Assembly (NCBI GenBank): GCA_016214885.1 | Contig: JACRMP010000005.1 | Coordinates: 134,725-198,724 of the forward strand | Direction: 5' to 3' | DNA length: 64,000 bases | Source of the DNA: Candidatus Gottesmanbacteria bacterium | Lineage (GTDB): Bacteria > Patescibacteriota > Microgenomatia > UBA10105 > UBA927 | Part shown: one piece after another, positions 54,685 to 61,956 of the stretch | How the letters are laid out: each line of letters starts with the position of its first letter | How positions within the stretch are numbered: the first letter of the stretch is position 1 | Notes under the pieces: model-generated | Database searches by the model: none | What the model saw: only the letters and a program-made list of their open reading frames with translations | Told to the model about the DNA's origin: nothing | Made by a program: the position numbers and the translations under genes

Positions 54685-55892
54685 GCGGTCACACCGGCCT
54701 CACGAATAAACTTTTTTAATTGTGTTATTGCGGTTAACGATCCGTGTGTTTGTTGTATGTAATTCATAATCTTCTTTTTTAAAAGCGTTTTTTGACCGGG
54801 CGGTAACCGGAGAAATAGTTGTATGGCGGTAGCAAGGCCTTTGTAATCGGGTTGCTTGGCCAGGAGCCCCGCAAAGTGCCGGAGGATTTCCTGCGATCCC
54901 CCAGTGGGGAAAGCAATAACCGGCGTTCCGACCGATAACGACTCCAGTGTTACCATGCCGAGCGTTTCCAGTTTTACCGAAGGCATGATGGTCGCATCCG
55001 CGGCCTTGTAAAGGCTCCACATATCATTCGGCGCCCTTTCCCCCATGAAGAAGGTGTGTATGTTGCCCGGCAAAGAAACACGGAGGAGATCCGAAAAATA
55101 ATACACGGCATTTGGATGTACAGGTCCGCAAAAAATAATAGCTATTTTTATATCCGCGGGTATAATCGACAACGCCCGCAATAGGATGTCTTGGCCTTTT
55201 CTTGGCTCAATTCTTGAGGGAACCACTAACAGAAATCTATGCGGATCAATGCCCAGTTGTTTTCTGGCTGCGCGTTTTTCATCTGCGGTTGTTTCGTGAT
55301 ACATGAACGGAACCGAGAGAAGATTTGCCTTGTGTTTGTGAAACAATCCATTGAGTTGTCGCCGGGCAAAGGTGCTAAAACAGCCCACCGTTGAGCGTTG
55401 TATAAGTATGTATTGCAGGAGCCAGTGCAGCCAATGGACGAAGGAGTGTTTTATTTTTCTCAACAAATTTATTTTTCCCTGAACATATGATTTTTTTTCC
55501 AGATACAGAGCTCCGTGATAAAAATAGGCATAAGGAATTCTCAGTGCGCTGCAATACAGATTTGCGGCGAAAGCGCTGTAAACAATATTCCCAATAACGC
55601 CCCCCAGTAAATATTCCTTGCGGATAGACCGGATCAACTGTATTGTCCGGTAGGCTATATAGAAAAAACGGCGCGGATGACCGATGTCGGGAATGCTATA
55701 CGTGATGATTTTTTTGGCATACGGAAACCATTCAGTATCCAATGTCTGTCCGGGGGAAATGCCAGTAAGAACGATAATGTCCGCTTTAAGGCTTGATTGT
55801 GCTGCTGAAAGAACCGCACGGTTCAGCGTGAATGCTCCACCCGTGAACAAATCGTCAAATATAACTAGGATTGCCCTGTTTTTCCGGTCCAT
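54681..55892 (-). CDS. Glycosyltransferase family 4
   Basis: TGGA, SRIEPRKG, PSVKLETLGMVTLESLSVGTPVI. Confidence 0.88.
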   Translation of the reverse strand: MDRKNRAILVIFDDLFTGGAFTLNRAVLSAAQSSLKADIIVLTGISPGQTLDTEWFPYAKKIITYSIPDIGHPRRFFYIAYRTIQLIRSIRKEYLLGGVIGNIVYSAFAANLYCSALRIPYAYFYHGALYLEKKSYVQGKINLLRKIKHSFVHWLHWLLQYILIQRSTVGCFSTFARRQLNGLFHKHKANLLSVPFMYHETTADEKRAARKQLGIDPHRFLLVVPSRIEPRKGQDILLRALSIIPADIKIAIIFCGPVHPNAVYYFSDLLRVSLPGNIHTFFMGERAPNDMWSLYKAADATIMPSVKLETLGMVTLESLSVGTPVIAFPTGGSQEILRHFAGLLAKQPDYKGLATAIQLFLRLPPGQKTLLKKKIMNYIQQTHGSLTAITQLKKFIREAGVTA

Positions 55893-55901
55893 AGTACATG
55901 G

Positions 55902-56795
55902 TTATTGCATGCGGTTGGTTAGGTAGGACAGGTATGACTGGTAAAATAATCGTCCGAATAATCCGAACGTATGGAAGTGTTCGTACGGCGTGTTGTCGTT
56001 ATAAATTGCCCTAGGCGTATAATTACATCCTTTACATATGTCGATTTGTGACCGGTTGCCTTTCCAGAGCTGATGGCGCGCCTCGTTGAATTTTTTAGAA
56101 AACCATACGGACAGCACATGGTGTTTTTTTACATTTCCCATCACTTGTTTCCCAAAGTAGTCGTCACAACACTGTACCGTATTCCCCTCCCAGTTTATGA
56201 CCATGGTAGAGCTTGGCCGGAAACATGGCTTGTTGAGAGGTTTTTTAGGGACAGTAAGGTGGGTGAGTAATCCACCACGATTGTCAAAGAATGCATTGTT
56301 TACCCGTACGGCAATCCGGCGTCTCCATGTGGGGTGATGTTTTTCCACCCATGCCAATACTTCGGCAACATTTGTGTTCACCTTGCCGTCATATTGGCTG
56401 ACATAGACAAGATCAACTCCTGCGCGGATGAGCGAGGTGAGGATATCTGTTTTCAAAAAATCGCCGTTGGTGTTGATTTTGACAAAGGTGTGGGGACACC
56501 GTTTTTTGAGCAGCGTTAAAAGTTTTGGCAGACGCTTGTCCAGTAGTGGCTCACCATACATATGAAGAGACACACGTCCGTCGTAGCCCATATCAGCCAG
56601 ATCGCCGACGATTTTTGTAAACACTTTATCGGGAAGAAAGCCCTTCCCTCTTCCGCGATAAATATTCGGACAAAACGAGCACCGGCGGTTACATATTGAG
56701 GTTGTTTCAATTTCTATGCCGGTGAATACCGGAAACCGTTTGTATTTGATCAGATTTCCCAGGTAAAAATAGAATAAGGTAATAAACTGTTCCAT
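55902..56795 (-). CDS. Radical SAM / SPASM-twitch protein
   Basis: CNRRCSFC, GEPLLD, NTNG, PCFRP...QCCDD...ICKGC. Confidence 0.9.
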   Translation of the reverse strand: MEQFITLFYFYLGNLIKYKRFPVFTGIEIETTSICNRRCSFCPNIYRGRGKGFLPDKVFTKIVGDLADMGYDGRVSLHMYGEPLLDKRLPKLLTLLKKRCPHTFVKINTNGDFLKTDILTSLIRAGVDLVYVSQYDGKVNTNVAEVLAWVEKHHPTWRRRIAVRVNNAFFDNRGGLLTHLTVPKKPLNKPCFRPSSTMVINWEGNTVQCCDDYFGKQVMGNVKKHHVLSVWFSKKFNEARHQLWKGNRSQIDICKGCNYTPRAIYNDNTPYEHFHTFGLFGRLFYQSYLSYLTNRMQ

Positions 56796-56803
56796 AAGGT
56801 TTG

Positions 56804-57442
56804 TTAAAAGCGTCTTATGATATGGCTAAGCATTGCGGCGTTGCTGTCTTTTTGCTCCACAAGAATAATATCCGCGGTTGTTTTTTTCTGTATGCTATTT
56901 TTTATTTTTTTATTATCCACCAGCACCACATCAGTATTGTTAAGCACGTCCTCGGTAGCGATTTGTGACTCCTGGAAGGGAAATTCAGGAATGTCAGATG
57001 AAATTTGAACTATGCATGCTTTTTCTGCAAAGATTCCCGGAAGAAATAGCCAATGAGGCCGTATGGTAGCGCCTGTTTCCCAAACCACCAACGGGCGCCC
57101 CTTAACAGATCCCTTAAGAATTATATCCGGATGAAATAACCGGACAACATACAGCCAGCAGATCAATAAAAATGTGTTGAGCTGGTGAACGTGCTGGTTC
57201 CGCTCGAATGGGATAAGTCCGAACGGATGAAAGATCATTACATTTTTCCTGGTAAGCAACAGAAGCTTAAAGCCAACGATAGCCCTCCGCAGGCTCAGGG
57301 CGTGTTTGTATGTGTAGATTGAGGTGCCCGTGATGAGGAGTATGTTGTGTTCTTTTTTGAGGAGGTGAATGTGTTTTGCCCACTTGGCAGGGTTTTGACA
57401 CGCGTCATCAGCAAGCAGAATAAGTGTGTTTTTTGATTTCAT
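56804..57442 (-). CDS. Hypothetical protein resembling the N-terminal half of a GT-B enzyme
   Basis: IFHPFGLIPFER...QLNTF resembles IFRPLYVFPFQR...EINFF in 53461-54684; no C-terminal nucleotide-binding domain. Confidence 0.55.
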   Translation of the reverse strand: MKSKNTLILLADDACQNPAKWAKHIHLLKKEHNILLITGTSIYTYKHALSLRRAIVGFKLLLLTRKNVMIFHPFGLIPFERNQHVHQLNTFLLICWLYVVRLFHPDIILKGSVKGRPLVVWETGATIRPHWLFLPGIFAEKACIVQISSDIPEFPFQESQIATEDVLNNTDVVLVDNKKIKNSIQKKTTADIILVEQKDSNAAMLSHIIRRF

Positions 57443-58356
57443 GTATGGTTAAAACGGAACCCCCGTGTGTGAACAGCAAGCCGGATTGCGTCGAGTTGGA
57501 ATAATGCTTTGGCTCTCCAGCAATAATGGAGGCAGATAATATTCTGGCGTGCCCGTCGTATTGTATCAAATTGAATGACATATCGCTTTTTGGGAAGCGG
57601 GGTGCGCTCCCTTTTTGCAATCACGCTTCCGACGATGACTTCATCGGATCCGAATTGATTATCAAAGTATGTTGTTTTGAGAATTCCCAGAAGCCTGTTC
57701 ATTGTGGAGAGCTCGAAAAGTGATTTGTCAGGTATACACACCAGCCCGGTGTTAAATAGTGGATTTGCGCCGGGTGCGCTGCTATGGACGAGCAGCTGTC
57801 GGTATGAGTGGTATAAATCTAAATAGCATTCGTCATCGGTATGTTTACGGGTGCGTTCCCTGGGTTCGTATTCGAGGTGGAGCACCTTATTTGGATTGCT
57901 GAGCCATTGTGCTATTTCCGGCGATTTTTGGAAAAAAAGAATATCGGCATCATAAATAATAAACCGTTTAAACGGGCAAACAAGCTTCAGCAGAAGCTTC
58001 CATTTTATGACGGGCGCCTCAGGGGAATCCATAAACTTTTTGATATTCGGGTAGGTCTGCAGAATTGTTTTTGCCCGCCGTAATAGCTGTCCCCTCGTGA
58101 TGATGGTGATGGTAAAATGCCCGGCAAGGCGCTGTTTGTCCTCTGCGGTAAGTGTACCGTCATCAACAACATATAACGGGAGATTTTGGTTAATGGCAAA
58201 AAACAACGAATATACAGCATAGATATACATGGTTACATCCCTGTGACAAAGAAGCGATGCGACACCGGTTTTTCTTGACGGAGCTTTGGCGTCTAAGAAA
58301 ATCCGGGGAAGAGTCGAAAAAATCCCTTGTTTAATGCTATTTTTCAGTTGATACAT
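57439..58356 (-). CDS. GT-A-fold (GT8-like) glycosyltransferase
   Basis: VVDDGTLT, IIYDADILFF (DxD), FNTGL, SDE, LHY. Confidence 0.65.
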   Translation of the reverse strand: MYQLKNSIKQGIFSTLPRIFLDAKAPSRKTGVASLLCHRDVTMYIYAVYSLFFAINQNLPLYVVDDGTLTAEDKQRLAGHFTITIITRGQLLRRAKTILQTYPNIKKFMDSPEAPVIKWKLLLKLVCPFKRFIIYDADILFFQKSPEIAQWLSNPNKVLHLEYEPRERTRKHTDDECYLDLYHSYRQLLVHSSAPGANPLFNTGLVCIPDKSLFELSTMNRLLGILKTTYFDNQFGSDEVIVGSVIAKRERTPLPKKRYVIQFDTIRRARQNIICLHYCWRAKALFQLDAIRLAVHTRGFRFNHT

Positions 58357-58439
58357 TTGGTTAGAAATAAGTGAATGTCATTATAACGTTTGTGCACCAT
58401 ACGGCAACATATTTGGACTAGATTCCCCGTCTGCCTGGG

Positions 58440-59645
58440 TTACTGTGCGTTTAACGCATCAATGATACGGGGGGTAATATACTCCGCAATCATTTTATTT
58501 CCCTCCGGTGATATATGGGCAAAATCAAGGTAAACAGGTTGATCTACATTTGAAAAGACGCCGCTTGCATCAACAAAGTCGGGAAGAGCCAATTCGGTGA
58601 CTTTTTTTGTAATTTCTTTGTATAAACCGGCCGATTCGGTTTTAGAATTTATTACTTCGGTTTCGTCGTCGGTAAGTTTTTTGGTTGCTATGGATGGCTG
58701 CCAAATAAACAGCGTCTTAAACCCGTAGATTTTACTCAGATTTCGCACCATGGCTATGTTTTCTGCGTATATACGTGTAACGTCATCAGGCAATGCTGCG
58801 GTGTTGTGAAATTTAATAAGCCTGTTGTTTTCCTCATTATTCCCTGTACGCAGGATGCGGAAGAACTTAATCGGGTAATCGATTACTTTAATTCTTGATG
58901 CAAGCGAACGCGCCGCTTGCGAAAGATATGAAAAATCGAGCAATGACTGATTGCGGTACGGTACATGGAATGAATAGATGTTTCCCAGTCTGGTACGTAT
59001 TATGTCTTCATACACTGTCTGATTACCAGGAGAATATGTATAAAGATAGCGGGAGTAAAGCTCATTTATCCCGTCATAAAAAACAACCATATCAGGAATA
59101 TTTCCCTGTTTGAGTTGTATGAGTAGGCTTGCTAGCTCCTGTGATGAGTTATAGGCGCTGACGCCAAAGTTAGTAATCCGGTGCACCGGCGCCTTGGTGT
59201 TTAATAATTTGGCAACATGTGACGGAACCGTTTCCCCGTCTGATACGTTCGTACCGAATAGCGTAGATCCGCCGAACATGAAAATTTTTATTTGCTGATG
59301 AGAGATTGTAGCAGGGTTTCCTGTCGTTTCCCGTATACCTAAATCATTAATTGTAATGTGCGGGGTGTTGAGTGGTTTAGGGGTAAAGCTTAATAATGGA
59401 TGGTACTGCGCCTGTATTTTTTCGCTTTCGGTAAGCCACCATTTATTACTGTCTTTTGCATAAAACCAATCATTAGTCATTAGCCCCATTTTTTCTTTGT
59501 ATTCGTACACGCGCCAAAAAACATACCGGGAGAATGATATTGTCTGCAAAATCATCTCCAGAAAAAGTAATCCGGCAATGATTTTTGTTGCGCGCAGGCT
59601 CCGGGAAGTATTTTTTATCGGCAGTGAGCCGGGAGTGTTTTTCAT
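58440..59645 (-). CDS. Membrane-anchored SGNH/GDSL-family protein
   Basis: MFGGSTLFG, NFGVSAYNS, YDGINE, DFAHISPEGN. Confidence 0.8.
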   Translation of the reverse strand: MKNTPGSLPIKNTSRSLRATKIIAGLLFLEMILQTISFSRYVFWRVYEYKEKMGLMTNDWFYAKDSNKWWLTESEKIQAQYHPLLSFTPKPLNTPHITINDLGIRETTGNPATISHQQIKIFMFGGSTLFGTNVSDGETVPSHVAKLLNTKAPVHRITNFGVSAYNSSQELASLLIQLKQGNIPDMVVFYDGINELYSRYLYTYSPGNQTVYEDIIRTRLGNIYSFHVPYRNQSLLDFSYLSQAARSLASRIKVIDYPIKFFRILRTGNNEENNRLIKFHNTAALPDDVTRIYAENIAMVRNLSKIYGFKTLFIWQPSIATKKLTDDETEVINSKTESAGLYKEITKKVTELALPDFVDASGVFSNVDQPVYLDFAHISPEGNKMIAEYITPRIIDALNAQ

Positions 59646-60343
59646 AGGCTGCTGCGTTTTTTTCCGTTATACCGTCCTTTTTCCAGTTCTATAACCCGGT
59701 CGCAGTTCTGCCGGACAAATTCCATCCAGTGCGACACAAGGATAAATGTCTTGTGTTGGCTGATAAGCTTTTGGAGGGCGCGTTGTGATTTGCGTTTAAA
59801 TTTTGCGTCACCTACCCCAAGGCTTTCATCGAGTATTAAAATATCCGGATTGGAGTGGAGGGCAATCGAAAATCCAAGCCGCAGCTTCATGCCAAAAGAA
59901 TAGGTAAACAGCGGCACATCGATAAACTGTCCTATATCTGCAAACGCAATAATCGCCGGCAATGCGCGCTCTATCTGCCGTTTAGACATCCCAAGTAACA
60001 TGCCGTTAAGGTACGCATTTTGCAGTCCAGTAAGATCAGGGTGAAACCCTGCTTCCAGATCAATGAGTGATACCGTTTTTCCGTTACGCACCACCGTGCC
60101 GGTTGTGGGATGGGTAATTCCGGCAATTATTTTTAACAAAGTTGTCTTCCCCGCTCCGTTTGGTCCAACAATCCCTACGCGTTCGCCTTTCCGGATAGTC
60201 AGATTGATATCTCGCAGCGCCCAGAAAATTTCGTTTCGGCCGCGGGTCAGTTTTTCGATGAGCGTGGGCTTATCGTGATGTATTTCATACCGCTTACTTA
60301 CATTCGTAAGCTGGATGGCAATTTCAGGATTTATCTTTTTCAT
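59642..60343 (-). CDS. wzt: Glycan ABC exporter ATP-binding subunit (Wzt/TagH-like)
   Basis: FWALRDI, GPNGAGKTT, GFHPDLTG, YSFGMKLRLGFS, LILDE..GVGD..F. Confidence 0.92.
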   Translation of the reverse strand: MKKINPEIAIQLTNVSKRYEIHHDKPTLIEKLTRGRNEIFWALRDINLTIRKGERVGIVGPNGAGKTTLLKIIAGITHPTTGTVVRNGKTVSLIDLEAGFHPDLTGLQNAYLNGMLLGMSKRQIERALPAIIAFADIGQFIDVPLFTYSFGMKLRLGFSIALHSNPDILILDESLGVGDAKFKRKSQRALQKLISQHKTFILVSHWMEFVRQNCDRVIELEKGRYNGKKRSSL

Positions 60344-61110
60344 AGCCAGTCGTCAAACAGTTTTGATTCAGATTGGAATACCCAGATACCGATAATGAGG
60401 GTGGCTATGGCAATGGTGCCGTTGCATCCTATCATGGCAAGACCAGGAGCGGGGTAGTTGATGAAGGCATTTTGAAAAAATTGAACTACTGAAGTCATGG
60501 GGTTTAACCGCCAGATAAAAAGTAAAGCCGGAGGCACCGAATAGATGGAATAAACGATTGGCGTGAGGTAGAACCATACGATAAGACCTGCCTGGGTAAA
60601 AAACGTAATATCCCGGTACCGCACGTTGAGTGCCGCCGTAAGCAGGCTGGCTCCCGAAGTAAAGATGATGAGCAGGATAAATCCTAAAATGAATGAGCCC
60701 ACCCGTTCCATCGAAAACATTTGATAATAGAGGGTAAACGGCAGGATGAGTGCAAATGAAAGCAATAGGTTTATCGCGTTTGAAAGTACTATGGACAACG
60801 GAATTATTGCGTGCGGAAATTTGGATTTTTTTATAAGGGAGCGCTCGTTAACGATGGACGATGAGCCTTTGGCAAGGGAAAGCGAGAAAAAATTCCAGGT
60901 CAGCAGTCCGGTAAATAAGTACAAGTTATAGTGGGGTATCGGTTCTTTGATGAAAAGGGGGAAAATAAATCCTATAACTATCATTTGAATGAGAGGGTTA
61001 ATGAATACCCATAAGAATCCAAAAAGGGTGTGTTTGTACCGCGTGGTTAACTCTTTGTGGGTCATGCTGATAAGCAGTTCCCAAAAATGGTGGAGCGCGT
61101 AGCGTTTCAT
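60340..61110 (-). CDS. wzm: Glycan ABC exporter permease (Wzm/TagG-like)
   Basis: RYKHTLFGFLW..INPL, RYRDI, FYLTPIVY, LNPM. Confidence 0.92.
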   Translation of the reverse strand: MKRYALHHFWELLISMTHKELTTRYKHTLFGFLWVFINPLIQMIVIGFIFPLFIKEPIPHYNLYLFTGLLTWNFFSLSLAKGSSSIVNERSLIKKSKFPHAIIPLSIVLSNAINLLLSFALILPFTLYYQMFSMERVGSFILGFILLIIFTSGASLLTAALNVRYRDITFFTQAGLIVWFYLTPIVYSIYSVPPALLFIWRLNPMTSVVQFFQNAFINYPAPGLAMIGCNGTIAIATLIIGIWVFQSESKLFDDWL

Positions 61111-61171
61111 GCACCGTATTATACGATATGCTGCACGATTAGGTTATACTGGTGTATTATCGGGTACATAT

Positions 61172-61780
61172 ATGATCTCGGTGTTTTATCACTTGACCGT
61201 CATGGTCATTTTTTTGGTATCCCTTCCGCTGCAGGTGTTGATTGCCATACTCATTATGATGATGAGCGGGCTTCCCATTGTCTTCCGGCAGAAGCGCACC
61301 GGCAAGAACGGCGCACCTTTTGTTATGTATAAATTCCGTACGATGGTGAATGGCGCGGAAAAGAAGAAACCGGCTTATGCACACCTTAATGAATCACAGG
61401 GTCCTGCATTTAAGATTCGGAAAGATCCCCGTTTTACGGGAATCGGCGCTTTTTTGAGCCACACCGGGCTTGATGAACTTCCCCAGCTATTTAATGTATT
61501 GCGGGGCGATATGGCCCTTATTGGTCCCCGCCCCCTCCCTATCGCTGAGGCTCAAAAATTAAAACCATGGATGAGGGTGCGTGAACAGATACTCCCCGGC
61601 ATCATCTCCCCCGCCATATTAACCGGTAAATATCATGAGAACTTTGATTCGTGGATGCGCAGTGATGTTTCCTACGTCAAAAAGAAAAACGCCATAGGCG
61701 ACGTACGGCTGTTTTTGCAGAGTTTTTCATTTCTGGCAAGACTGTTTGTCCGGAGTATGGGCATGAAGCAGAGCACTTGA
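61172..61780 (+). CDS. Polyprenyl-phosphate initiating sugar-1-phosphate transferase (WbaP/PglC family)
   Basis: FRQKRTG, YKFRTM, DPRFT, LDELPQLFNVLRGDMALIGPRP. Likely start 61172. Confidence 0.9.
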   Translation: MISVFYHLTVMVIFLVSLPLQVLIAILIMMMSGLPIVFRQKRTGKNGAPFVMYKFRTMVNGAEKKKPAYAHLNESQGPAFKIRKDPRFTGIGAFLSHTGLDELPQLFNVLRGDMALIGPRPLPIAEAQKLKPWMRVREQILPGIISPAILTGKYHENFDSWMRSDVSYVKKKNAIGDVRLFLQSFSFLARLFVRSMGMKQST

Positions 61781-61881
61781 CAGGACGCCTTCCTTATTAC
61801 ATATACTATATACGTAATGCGCGACAGCAACACGCACAAACAGACATATTTCGTGCCTATTTTTAATAGGTGACATCGTCC

Positions 61882-61904
61882 CCCGGCTTACCGCCGGGTT
61901 TTTT
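61882..61904 (+). terminator. Rho-independent terminator
   Basis: CCCGGC-TTACC-GCCGGG followed by TTTTTT. Confidence 0.75.
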
Positions 61905-61917
61905 ATGGCTGACAGGA

Positions 61918-61947
61918 TTGACAAAGGTGAATATATAATGTTACTAT
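61918..61947 (+). promoter_or_regulatory. Sigma70-type promoter for the 61957 ORF
   Basis: TTGACA (61918-61923), 18 nt, TACTAT (61942-61947) with TGn extension; ATG 9 nt downstream. Confidence 0.6.
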
Positions 61948-61956
61948 AGGTTAATT

